Shown: positions 18,893-27,633 of the stretch, piece by piece
How the letters are laid out: the number at the start of each line of letters is the position of its first letter
How positions within the stretch are numbered: position 1 is the stretch's first letter
Assembly: GCA_021824155.1 (NCBI GenBank)
Contig: JAKALN010000001.1
Span: 64,015-128,014 of the forward strand
Direction: 5' to 3'
DNA length: 64,000 nucleotides
From: a bacterium
Lineage (GTDB): Bacteria; Patescibacteriota; Microgenomatia; Levybacterales; UBA12049
Translations under genes and position numbers: made by a program
The notes under the pieces: model-generated
What the model saw: only the letters and a program-made list of their open reading frames with translations
What the model was told of the DNA's origin: nothing
Database searches by the model: none

Positions 18893-21193
18893 TCAGTTAT
18901 TTCCGTTTGTTTCTTCTTTAATTTCTTCCTGTTCTTCCATTTCCTTAGGTTTTTCTATAGGTTTTTGTCCGTTTTCCAAAGTAGTATCTTCTTCTTCCTC
19001 TTTACTACTAAGTCCAGATAATACCTCTTTTGCGGCCTCAAGCTTTGCTTTAAGATAAGCTATTACTTCGGTTTGGGAAAACCCTCCGATTAGAAGGAAA
19101 GGAAGAATGCTTCCAACCGATTCCATTCCTTTTTTAACATTTTGGGGGTCGGTTGAAACAAGAAGATTTATTGTTTCCGTTATTTTATCTACATCCGATG
19201 AAATCCATTCTTTCCTGTTTCTTTCTTTGCCTAATGCTTTCGGAGGCTCAAGTTTTTGATAATTTTCTACCCACAATTTTTTAACCGATTCATAGTCGTC
19301 AAGGTTTACGGACTGGACCCTGTTTACAACCGGGAAGGAATCTGCGGAAGCTTTTTTAAGCTCAAGTATTCCTGCTTCCGCAAGAACCATAGAAGCAAGA
19401 GCATTTCCTTTCTCTTTGGCTTCTTTAAGTTTTTGTTTAAGGTCTTCATCTGCGCCTTTTCCTTTCTTGGAAGCGGAAAGTATTGAAGTTGCAAGCGGGT
19501 CGCCTCTTTTCTCGGCTTCCGAAAGCTGCTGTTTTATCGCTATAAGTTTTTGTTTTTCAACAGGGTCTGCAAAATCCGGATTTTGAATATGCGCTAAAGC
19601 CGTATTAAGCTTAGACAGCTCTTGCTGTTTGGAAAGAATAGAAGTTGAGCTCGTCGAAACTGTATTTGCAGCGGAAAGTATTGAAGTTGCAAGCGGGTCG
19701 CCTTTTTGCCCCTCGGAAACAAGTTTGTCTTTGACCATCGCGTAACGCTGTTTTTCCATGGGAGAGCTTATTACCGAAGGATTGGCAATACGCTCAAGTG
19801 TTTCATGCATTTTTGCTATCTCCGCATGCCTTGAAATATCGGATGAAATCGCCGAAGTCTCAAACCTTGCAATATCCTGCATCGTAGGAACAGAAAGGCT
19901 TGTAAGACGCAAAATTTCGTTGCCGGATTGCACCGAGCGCAGATTTGCAATCTGGGAAGAGATATTTTCCGAATGCATTTGCGGTATTTCCACTTTAGCG
20001 GTAAAAGGAATGCTCCTAGCCATTCCGGCAGGCTGGGAAGACAACGGCAAAGGAGCGGGAGGAGGGATTGGTCCTCTTCCGATAAAAGAAGAGCCTGTTG
20101 TCATTAGCTGTTTTACCCAAGCATTGTCTCCTATAGAAATTGTATTTAAATAATCAAGGAATATCTGCAAAAGAAGAAACGGTAAAATAATAACTACCCA
20201 AAGCATTAATAGCGCAACGATATACTGTGCAAAAGTATTACTGTTATTAAGGCTATTGGTAAGAGAAAGAACCTGTCCCGGTCCGCCCAAAAGTATATTT
20301 ATAGAAGTCGGATACACAACTGCCTGATTAAAATTAAATTTAAGAGGAATTCCGCTTCTCCATATAAAAACCAGTCCTGACAAAAATATAGAAAACAAAG
20401 GGGCGTATAAGAGCCACCTGAAAAATTCTCCAATCCAAATTTTACCTGTATTTCTTATCGGAGAGTAAAGCAAAAGAAGAGGAAAAATCGGAGAAATAAT
20501 AATGAAAAACCATAAGATTATTTTTCTTAGAAGAAGAATCCCGACCATAACGTAATATGTGATTGCAGTAAGCTTTACTAGTAAAAGAGAAATAAACGCC
20601 GACTCGTCATAAGCCGCTCCGTAAATCCGGTAACCCAAAAAGTTCTGGTAATCAAAACCTATATACAAAAGGTTCCCCTGCCATATAAACGGATGGGCCA
20701 GAGCGGTCGAAGGATCCGGATTTCTTAGGAAAAAACCCTGAACAACATCGATTATCTGATAAATAAATTGAGTCAGAGCAAAAGAGAAAGTAATAAGAAC
20801 GATTATTAATATGAATCTGGGGATAAACTTCATTACCGTGATATTTCTTCCTCTTGTGATAATAAGAATAAATGCGGTTACTAAAACAAAAAGGGTAAGA
20901 AACGCATAGACGATGTTTCTTATTGTGGCCCAAAAACTCGCAAGCGGGTTTTGTCCTCCCGAAACAAAAGACCAGTTATAATTTTGCAGAGTCCAATCAA
21001 GAAAAGAACCGGCCCTTGCCCCTACTTTGCCTACAAAGGTAACGTCGGGGTCGGAAACCCAAGTTCCGTCTGCGGGAATAGCCGAAGGACTTGGAGCCGT
21101 TTGGGCAAATGCGTGGGATGCCCCGTGGAGGAAAAAATAAGAAGCAGCTATCAGAAATAAAACCAGAAATAATTTGGGCAGAAATTTTTTCAT
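18893..21193 (-). CDS. VirB6/TrbL-like polytopic membrane protein with large C-terminal soluble domain
   Basis: Signal peptide; FWATIRNIV...FIPRFILIIVLITFS; LLRKIILWFFIIISP...W..EFF...YAP, a VirB6-like TM pattern seen in CPR proteins; adjacent to a pilin. Confidence 0.6.
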   Translation of the reverse strand: MKKFLPKLFLVLFLIAASYFFLHGASHAFAQTAPSPSAIPADGTWVSDPDVTFVGKVGARAGSFLDWTLQNYNWSFVSGGQNPLASFWATIRNIVYAFLTLFVLVTAFILIITRGRNITVMKFIPRFILIIVLITFSFALTQFIYQIIDVVQGFFLRNPDPSTALAHPFIWQGNLLYIGFDYQNFLGYRIYGAAYDESAFISLLLVKLTAITYYVMVGILLLRKIILWFFIIISPIFPLLLLYSPIRNTGKIWIGEFFRWLLYAPLFSIFLSGLVFIWRSGIPLKFNFNQAVVYPTSINILLGGPGQVLSLTNSLNNSNTFAQYIVALLMLWVVIILPFLLLQIFLDYLNTISIGDNAWVKQLMTTGSSFIGRGPIPPPAPLPLSSQPAGMARSIPFTAKVEIPQMHSENISSQIANLRSVQSGNEILRLTSLSVPTMQDIARFETSAISSDISRHAEIAKMHETLERIANPSVISSPMEKQRYAMVKDKLVSEGQKGDPLATSILSAANTVSTSSTSILSKQQELSKLNTALAHIQNPDFADPVEKQKLIAIKQQLSEAEKRGDPLATSILSASKKGKGADEDLKQKLKEAKEKGNALASMVLAEAGILELKKASADSFPVVNRVQSVNLDDYESVKKLWVENYQKLEPPKALGKERNRKEWISSDVDKITETINLLVSTDPQNVKKGMESVGSILPFLLIGGFSQTEVIAYLKAKLEAAKEVLSGLSSKEEEEDTTLENGQKPIEKPKEMEEQEEIKEETNGNN
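19472..19703. repeat. 34-bp exact direct repeat within the VirB6-like gene (198-bp spacing)
   Basis: agcggaaagtattgaagttgcaagcgggtcgcct at 19472-19505 and 19670-19703 (GDPLATSILSA twice). Confidence 0.9.
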
Positions 21194-21194
21194 A

Positions 21195-21476
21195 TCATTT
21201 AAAACCCGGAATTCCCAAAACGTTACCCGCTATTATCTGAATAAACACAAATCCGAATACTGCAAGAAGTAAACCTATAATTGCATACATTATATAGCTT
21301 TTCCCCTTGTTTAAGCTCTGGGGATTTCCCTGGGAAGATAGAATGATATATCCTCCGTAAATAATAAATAATACCGCTACTCCTCCTATTAAACCAAGGC
21401 CAATCCCGTAGAATTTAGCTACGAATCCGGGAACGTCATTTGGAATGCAACCTAAATCCGTAGGAGTACAGTTCAT
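21195..21476 (-). CDS. T4SS-type pilin (VirB2/TrbC-like CPR pilin)
   Basis: Two hydrophobic helices around IIYGGY...SQGNPQSLNKGKSYIMYAIIGL; N-terminal C-T-x-x-D-LGCIP. Confidence 0.8.
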   Translation of the reverse strand: MNCTPTDLGCIPNDVPGFVAKFYGIGLGLIGGVAVLFIIYGGYIILSSQGNPQSLNKGKSYIMYAIIGLLLAVFGFVFIQIIAGNVLGIPGFK

Positions 21477-21495
21477 AAATTAATCGTAGCATATA

Positions 21496-21524
21496 TTGAC
21501 ATCAATAGACAATTAGAATAGAAT
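21496..21524 (+). promoter_or_regulatory. Sigma70 promoter
   Basis: TTGACA-N17-TAGAAT. Confidence 0.8.
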
Positions 21525-21532
21525 CATTCGAA

Positions 21533-21598
21533 ATGGTAAAAAATCTGATAGTTAAGAAGGTTAAGAAGAACTCCTCTGTGAGGGGTTTTTGCCGATGA
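21533..21598 (+). CDS. Putative 21-aa leader peptide MVKNLIVKKVKKNSSVRGFCR
   Basis: ATG 8 nt after the -10 box (leaderless); the ORF overlaps alternative hairpins upstream of a terminator. Confidence 0.5.
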   Translation: MVKNLIVKKVKKNSSVRGFCR

Positions 21599-21623
21599 CC
21601 TATTAACCTTTAGATATTTTGGC

Positions 21624-21649
21624 AAGACCCCTTAAAAAGGGGTTTTTTT
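21624..21649 (+). terminator. Intrinsic terminator / attenuator 3:4 hairpin
   Basis: aagacccctt-aaa-aaggggtttt followed by a T run. Confidence 0.75.
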
Positions 21650-21672
21650 GTGGTTAAAAGGAGGTGATTAAA

Positions 21673-22005
21673 ATGACAGAAACATTGATAAGAAACCAGG
21701 AGAGAACAATTACTGTTTTGGAAACTCAAGCAAGAATTCAAAGCGTTATATCCCAGGCAGGCAGCGAAATTCAGGAAACATTAAGGGAACATTCGAAATT
21801 ATTAAGGCCGGGAGATTCAAGAATTACCTTGCATGGAATTAAAGTATTTTCCAATTCCAGCCTTACAACCGATGCGACTTATGACCTTAGAAGCGGAGAG
21901 TTGAGCTTTTACGGAGCTCCAACATCTGCCAGGCCCGAATTCACAAGAGAATTTCTGGTGAAACATTACGGTCAGGTTCTTGCTGCTATGGCCCAAAGAA
22001 CTTAA
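21673..22005 (+). CDS. Hypothetical protein (orphan)
   Basis: Open frame with a strong SD (AAGGAGGTGA) before ATG 21673. Confidence 0.7.
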   Translation: MTETLIRNQERTITVLETQARIQSVISQAGSEIQETLREHSKLLRPGDSRITLHGIKVFSNSSLTTDATYDLRSGELSFYGAPTSARPEFTREFLVKHYGQVLAAMAQRT

Positions 22006-22030
22006 GCCTTCAAATTGCTATAATTAAGCC

Positions 22031-22966
22031 GTGAAGGCATTTGAAATTAATGTTGGAGGAAAACTCCTGGATTACAGAGTCGGTAAAAATCTGGACCTTT
22101 CAGAGGTAAAGAATTTCTTTTCTAAAAATTATTCAGTTTTGGAAATCCGACAGGAAAAAAGGCACGTTGTTGCCCTCTTGGAAAAAAACAATAAGAATTT
22201 ATTTTTAAAACTTTCTCCGACAGAAGGAATAAGCGCGGTCACGCAAATTGAATATAAATGGAACGAAGAATTTAATAATTCCGTTTCAAGAGAAACAGGG
22301 TTTTGGGTCCCGAAAAATATAGACAGCGGATTTTATAAAGAAAATCTTTTTTACATTATTACTGATTATTTCGAAGGGGAAATGCTTGCCCAAAGACCTC
22401 AAAAACATTACACATCTAAAATTTTTGAAGAATACATCAAAAAAATTATCGGGCTGTCGGAAATTATTCAGGATTTACCTATTCATGAATTATCCGAAAA
22501 AGATTTTGAAGAATATAGGCAGTGGTTTTTGGCAAAAACAGTTTCATGGTTTGAGGGAATTCCGCATGAAATAAGAGAAAAGTTTGAAACAGAAGAACTT
22601 CTTACTATTGTAAAAAAAGGGTATTTAATTCTTAAAAAAAGAGCAAGGCACGGAGACTTTACTCCTTGGCATATGTTTGACTTAAATGGCAATATAGGAC
22701 TAATCGACGGGGAACATGCAATGAAAAATTCGGTTGAATATTATGATGCTGCGTACCTTATCCAAAGAGTTTACAGTGTTTTGGAAAACCCGGAGTTTGC
22801 AAAAAAAATATTGGGAATGCTCATTGAAAGAAATTACAATATTGAAAAATTAAGGATTTTACTTGCCGCAAGAGCTGTAGGCGGTTTTTTGGATGAATCT
22901 TTAAAAGAAGAACCTAATTATTCTGCCGCTTCGGATTTTAAAAAGTGGGTAACGGATTTAATTTAA
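22031..22966 (+). CDS. Aminoglycoside phosphotransferase/choline kinase-like protein
   Basis: [13 protein letters not shown] (Brenner-like), LIDGE and YDAA motifs; TGCTATAAT extended -10 lies 6 nt before the GTG. Confidence 0.7.
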   Translation: MKAFEINVGGKLLDYRVGKNLDLSEVKNFFSKNYSVLEIRQEKRHVVALLEKNNKNLFLKLSPTEGISAVTQIEYKWNEEFNNSVSRETGFWVPKNIDSGFYKENLFYIITDYFEGEMLAQRPQKHYTSKIFEEYIKKIIGLSEIIQDLPIHELSEKDFEEYRQWFLAKTVSWFEGIPHEIREKFETEELLTIVKKGYLILKKRARHGDFTPWHMFDLNGNIGLIDGEHAMKNSVEYYDAAYLIQRVYSVLENPEFAKKILGMLIERNYNIEKLRILLAARAVGGFLDESLKEEPNYSAASDFKKWVTDLI

Positions 22967-23838
22967 AACCAGCCGCTTTTTTTGGAACCCTGAAACTCCT
23001 TTAATATTTCTTTTTGCTTTGAAGAAAGGTTTTTTGGTACCGTAATTTTTATGTGGACATAATGGTCACCGTGCCCCGAACCATGGACATGAACGACTCC
23101 CTTTCCCCTAAGCCTTATTAAGGTTTCCGGTTGCGTCCCCTGGGGTATTTTTAGTTTTACTTTCCCCTCCACGGTTTCAACTTCTATCTGGGTACCCAAT
23201 GCCGCTTCGGGGAAAGAAAGTTCATAATCCGAAACAATGTCGTAGCCTTGTCTTCTAAATCTTTTATCGGGTTCTACGCTTAAAACTACGTCTGCTTCTC
23301 CAAATCTTATTCTGGAACCTTCGTCAACTCCTGCCGGAATTTTTATCGTCTGGATTTTCCCCCCCAAATTTACTTTTTTCTGTGTGCCTTTAACAGCTTC
23401 CATAAAGTTTATCCTTAAAGAATAAACTTCACGCCTCTGTCTTCCAAAAGGAGAACCTCCTCCGAAAAACTGTTCAAAAATTTCAAAAGGGTCGGAAAAA
23501 CCTCCGAAATCAAATCCGCCCCCTCCGCCGCCGGTTGTATAGGTATAAGTAAACGGTCCCTGCTGCTGGCCAAATCCCCCGAAAGGACCCTGGCCGGTCG
23601 GTCCTCCCTGCTCAAAAGCAGCCGCACCGAATTGGTCGTAAGTCTGCTTTTTTTGCGGGTCTGATAATACTTCATAAGCTTTTGTAACTTCTTTAAATTT
23701 CTCTTCTGCCGTCTTATCGCCTTTATTCCTATCGGGATGGTGCTGAAGGGCTAATTTTCTGTAAGCTTTTTTTATTTCATCGGCAGTTGCCGATTTTGAA
23801 ACCCCTAAAACCTGATAATAATCTTTATTGTCTGCCAT
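22963..23838 (-). CDS. dnaJ: DnaJ-family chaperone (class B, no zinc finger)
   Basis: J-domain with HPD, G/F-rich region, C-terminal domain; no CxxCxGxG repeats. Confidence 0.9.
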   Translation of the reverse strand: MADNKDYYQVLGVSKSATADEIKKAYRKLALQHHPDRNKGDKTAEEKFKEVTKAYEVLSDPQKKQTYDQFGAAAFEQGGPTGQGPFGGFGQQQGPFTYTYTTGGGGGGFDFGGFSDPFEIFEQFFGGGSPFGRQRREVYSLRINFMEAVKGTQKKVNLGGKIQTIKIPAGVDEGSRIRFGEADVVLSVEPDKRFRRQGYDIVSDYELSFPEAALGTQIEVETVEGKVKLKIPQGTQPETLIRLRGKGVVHVHGSGHGDHYVHIKITVPKNLSSKQKEILKEFQGSKKSGWF

Positions 23839-23854
23839 ATGCGTATTATATTAT

Positions 23855-23878
23855 AAAAGCGCGTTTACCGCGCTTTTT
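23855..23878 (-). terminator. Intrinsic terminator-like hairpin between dnaK and dnaJ
   Basis: aaaagcgcg-tttac-cgcgcttttt, symmetric with A/T tracts. Confidence 0.65.
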
Positions 23879-23935
23879 GTTCATAGTTATTAGTTCAAGG
23901 TTCATAGATATCTACAATGAACCATTAGCCATCTG

Positions 23936-25843
23936 CTAATTTACCACTTCGCCTTCAACAGGTTCTTCGTCTTTTTTAGGTCCGTTGGCTGAATCTGCTT
24001 CGGAGTCTCCTGTTGCCTGAGCTTCTTCCCGAGGCTCTGTTTGAGGCTGCCCCTGTTTTTGGTACATCGCTTCTCCTACTTTTGTCAAAGCGTCCGAAAG
24101 CTCTTTTGTTTTTGCTTCTATATCTTCTTTCGAACCGTCCAGTACTCCTTTTAGTGCTTCAATTTTTGCTTCAACGTCTTTTCTTACTTCTTCGGAAACT
24201 TTGTCCCCTGCGTCTTTAAGCGACTTTTCTGCAGTAAAAATTAATGAATCTGCCTGATTTTTTGCTTCCACCGACTCTCTTTTCGCTGCGTCCTCGGCCG
24301 CATGCATTTCCGCCTCTTTGGTCATTTTTTCAACCTCTTCTTTTGTAAGGCCTGTTGAACCGGTTATTTTTATGCTTTGTTCTTTTCCCGACGCCTTATC
24401 GGTTGCTTTAACATTTAAAATTCCGTTTGCATCAATATCAAAGGCAACTTCTATCTGGGGAACGCCTCTTGGCGCCGGAGGAATACCGTCCAGGACAAAT
24501 CGTCCCAAAGACTTATTATCTGCTGCCATTGGCCTTTCTCCCTGCAAAACGTTTATTTCAACCTGGGTCTGATTATCTGCGGCTGTTGAAAAAACCTGGG
24601 ATTTAGATGTAGGAATAGTAGTATTTTTAGAAATTAACGGCGTTGCAACCGATCCCAATGTTTCTATACCCAAAGTTAAAGGCGTTACATCCAAAAGTAA
24701 AACATCTTTAACTTCTCCGCCTAAAACTCCTCCCTGGACCGCTGCTCCGACAGCGACAACTTCATCGGGATTTACGGATTTATTGGGCTCTTTGCCAAAA
24801 AATTTGGTTACAACTTCTATAACTTTCGGCATTCTGGTCATTCCTCCGACCAAAACTACTTCGTCTATATCTTTAACCGTTACTTTCGCGTCTTTTAAGG
24901 CTGTTTCAACAGGTTTTAATGTTTTTTGGATAAGAGGATCAACAATTTGCTCAAGTTTTGCCCTTGTTAACGTCATCGTTAAATGAAGCGGGCCTTCCTT
25001 TCCCTGGGTTATAAAAGGCTGGTTAATTTGTGCTTCCGTAGAGCTTGAAAGTTCAATTTTTGCTTTTTCCGCTGACTCTCTTAATCTTTGCAGGGCTTGC
25101 GGGTCCTTTGTTAAATCAACTCCATTTTCTTTTTTAAACTCTTCCGCGATATAATCAATTATCGCCTTGTCGAAATCATCTCCTCCCAAATGAGTATCTC
25201 CGTTTGTAGATTTTACTTCATAAACCCCGTCTCCGAGTTCCAAAATAGAAATATCAAAAGTTCCGCCGCCTAAATCATAAACAGCGATTGTATGGGCATT
25301 TTTCTTATCTAATCCGTAAGCTAAAGCCGCTGCCGTAGGCTCGTTTATAATGCGCAAAACTTCCAGCCCCGCAATTTCTCCTGCCTGTTTGGTTGCCTGA
25401 CGTTGTGAATCGTCAAAATACGCAGGTACCGTAATTACTGCCTGTGTAACTTTTCCGCCCAAGTAGGACTCCGCGTCTGCTTTTATTTTTTGTAAAATCA
25501 TGGCACTTATTTCCTGAGGAGTAAATGTTCTTCCGCCTACTTCAACATCTGCCATTCCGTCGCGGCCTGACTTTATTGCGTAAGGAAGCCATTTAATGTC
25601 GTACTGGACAGACTCGTCGGTATATTTCCTTCCCATCAGCCGCTTTATAGAAAAAATTGTCGTTTTTGGCTTTAAGACAAGCTGTCTTTTGGCAACATCT
25701 CCCACAACGTGAGTGATCGGATCAACTACCGACGGAATTACGTTTCTTCCTTCCGCAGAATGGATAACCTTCGGGCTTCCGCCCTCCATTACCGCAACTG
25801 CTGAATTTGTTGTACCTAAATCTATTCCAATTATTTTTCCCAT
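23936..25843 (-). CDS. dnaK: Chaperone DnaK (Hsp70)
   Basis: [42 protein letters not shown]. Confidence 0.98.
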   Translation of the reverse strand: MGKIIGIDLGTTNSAVAVMEGGSPKVIHSAEGRNVIPSVVDPITHVVGDVAKRQLVLKPKTTIFSIKRLMGRKYTDESVQYDIKWLPYAIKSGRDGMADVEVGGRTFTPQEISAMILQKIKADAESYLGGKVTQAVITVPAYFDDSQRQATKQAGEIAGLEVLRIINEPTAAALAYGLDKKNAHTIAVYDLGGGTFDISILELGDGVYEVKSTNGDTHLGGDDFDKAIIDYIAEEFKKENGVDLTKDPQALQRLRESAEKAKIELSSSTEAQINQPFITQGKEGPLHLTMTLTRAKLEQIVDPLIQKTLKPVETALKDAKVTVKDIDEVVLVGGMTRMPKVIEVVTKFFGKEPNKSVNPDEVVAVGAAVQGGVLGGEVKDVLLLDVTPLTLGIETLGSVATPLISKNTTIPTSKSQVFSTAADNQTQVEINVLQGERPMAADNKSLGRFVLDGIPPAPRGVPQIEVAFDIDANGILNVKATDKASGKEQSIKITGSTGLTKEEVEKMTKEAEMHAAEDAAKRESVEAKNQADSLIFTAEKSLKDAGDKVSEEVRKDVEAKIEALKGVLDGSKEDIEAKTKELSDALTKVGEAMYQKQGQPQTEPREEAQATGDSEADSANGPKKDEEPVEGEVVN

Positions 25844-25892
25844 ATTATTAAAATTTTATAATTTTTAATTCTAAATTTTGAATTCTATATTA

Positions 25893-26339
25893 TTAATTGT
25901 CGCTGTTGCTTCCAACAATGACCTGCGCCGGCCTTAAAACCTGTCCAAAAAGAGTATAACCGGCTCTTATTTCTTCGACAATTTTTCCTTTTTCCCCATC
26001 TGCTGTCGAAACCGCTTCCATAACAGTAGGGTCGAAATCTTTACCTAAAGTCTCTATTCTTTCGACTCCTTCGTCTTTAAAAGCTGTAAGAATCTGGTTT
26101 ACGCTTAACTTAACTCCTTCGTCTTGAGTATGTTTTTGGGCAAGCATTAAATTATCAAGCGCAGGTAAAATTCTTAGTAAAAGTCCTTTATTTGCCGTTT
26201 TTACCCACTCCGATTTTTCTGCGTGAACCCTTTTTTCAAGATTCTGGTAATCTGCAAGCGCCCTTTTTAACTGGTTTTCAAGGTTCTTAAATTCTTCGTT
26301 TTCTTCATTTTGTTTTTTATCTTTTTCATCTTTTTTCAT
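25893..26339 (-). CDS. grpE: Nucleotide exchange factor GrpE
   Basis: RALADYQNL.KR, FDP...EAV and GY.L...VLRPAQV motifs; operon context. Confidence 0.95.
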   Translation of the reverse strand: MKKDEKDKKQNEENEEFKNLENQLKRALADYQNLEKRVHAEKSEWVKTANKGLLLRILPALDNLMLAQKHTQDEGVKLSVNQILTAFKDEGVERIETLGKDFDPTVMEAVSTADGEKGKIVEEIRAGYTLFGQVLRPAQVIVGSNSDN

Positions 26340-26378
26340 CTTATCAAACTTCTAATTTCTAGTTTCTATCTTCCGGTC

Positions 26379-27110
26379 CTACCACCCTTTGGCTATTTCT
26401 GCTATTAAATCCCCGAAATATCTTACCGCAGGAACAATATAATTATAGTTTAATCTGCTCGGACCTAAAACTCCGATTTCTCCTACCAAATGCTGGGGAG
26501 TCTGGTATTTTGTAAAAACAAAGCCGTACGGACCGCTTAATTTAGGGCCTAATTCATCTTCCAAAAGTATATGTATTTCCCCGTCGTCAATTTGTCCCGA
26601 AAATAAATTTACCAAATAATCACTTTCATCTATAGCAGATAAAAGAGTTTTCGTTAAGTCTATATCGAAAAACTCAGGCATATCCAATATATTTGCATAA
26701 CCGGAACAGAAAAAATTTCCGTCTGCGGTTGTTGTAAAAGCAAGAGCTTTTGTTTTATCTGCCAAAGATTTTGTGACCTGTTTTAAAAAATCGTTTTCCC
26801 TATCTCTTAAATCCCATACTTTTTCCTTTAAGGCAACTTCTTCCGTAACCGAAAGCTCTTTTTCCTTCATCAGCTGTTTAACATAAAATTTCATGCCGGC
26901 CGGAGTAGGAATTCTTCCTGCGGAAATATGGGGTTTTTTAAGATAGCCGAGTTCCGTAAGCCTTACCATTTCGTTTCGGATGGTTGCAGGACTGGCAGAT
27001 AAATTATGCTTTTTTTCCAAAGTCTCCGAACCCACAGGCTCGGCCGTCTCGATATATTCTTCGATTAGACTTTTTAATATTTCGACCTGTCTTTGCGTTA
27101 AATCGTGCAT
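26379..27110 (-). CDS. hrcA: Heat-inducible transcription repressor HrcA
   Basis: EYIETAEPVGS, SPATIRNEM, PHISAGRIPT, GVLGPSRLNY. Confidence 0.95.
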   Translation of the reverse strand: MHDLTQRQVEILKSLIEEYIETAEPVGSETLEKKHNLSASPATIRNEMVRLTELGYLKKPHISAGRIPTPAGMKFYVKQLMKEKELSVTEEVALKEKVWDLRDRENDFLKQVTKSLADKTKALAFTTTADGNFFCSGYANILDMPEFFDIDLTKTLLSAIDESDYLVNLFSGQIDDGEIHILLEDELGPKLSGPYGFVFTKYQTPQHLVGEIGVLGPSRLNYNYIVPAVRYFGDLIAEIAKGW

Positions 27111-27175
27111 AAATTCTCCCCGTTAAACGCCCGCGGTGTAGAAACTTCCGCTTGAAAGTGAGCGTTCCAACGAGG

Positions 27176-27202
27176 TTAGCAGTAATATACCATGACTGCC
27201 AA
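27176..27202 (-). promoter_or_regulatory. CIRCE-like HrcA operator overlapping the hrcA promoter
   Basis: Minus strand TTGGCAGTC-N9-TACTGCTAA versus consensus TTAGCACTC-N9-GAGTGCTAA; TTGACA at 27213-27208, and TGGTATATT -10 inside the element. Confidence 0.8.
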
Positions 27203-27240
27203 AGTTTTGTCAAGGGGTTTATTTTTGTTACACTAAAATT

Positions 27241-27573
27241 ATGCGAAAAAGAAGACCACTGCGGCTACTGGTTATTAGTTTTTTGTTTTTAACGGCATTA
27301 CTTTACATAATTTTGAATTTTCCTCCGGATTATCAATTTCAAATTTCAAATTTCAAATTTCAAATTCTGGTTCCTGCTTTAACGGTCATATTCCTTTTTA
27401 CAATCGCCTTTTTTTCTTTTGTATTTGCAAATAAAAGACGGGGAATTTTAATCGCCTGTTTTATTCTTGGTTATTTAATATTAAAACTTATAAATCTTGC
27501 CTACCCGTTTTTTATAGTACTTCTTTTTATCCTTTTGTCGGTAATAGAACTTATGTTTTTAAAAAGAAAATAA
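27241..27573 (+). CDS. Small membrane protein containing an in-frame heptamer repeat
   Basis: Four hydrophobic segments; (aaatttc)n encodes FQISNFKFQI. Confidence 0.65.
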   Translation: MRKRRPLRLLVISFLFLTALLYIILNFPPDYQFQISNFKFQILVPALTVIFLFTIAFFSFVFANKRRGILIACFILGYLILKLINLAYPFFIVLLFILLSVIELMFLKRK

Positions 27574-27633
27574 GCCGCCGGCGTATCGGCCTTGTTTGTT
27601 TTAGCTTGACGGGTTTGCTACAATCCTTAAACG

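Noticed and set aside
18893-21476. Integrated conjugative element
   Set aside because: No relaxase, VirB4, VirD4, integrase or att repeats in the window; composition looks like the backbone.
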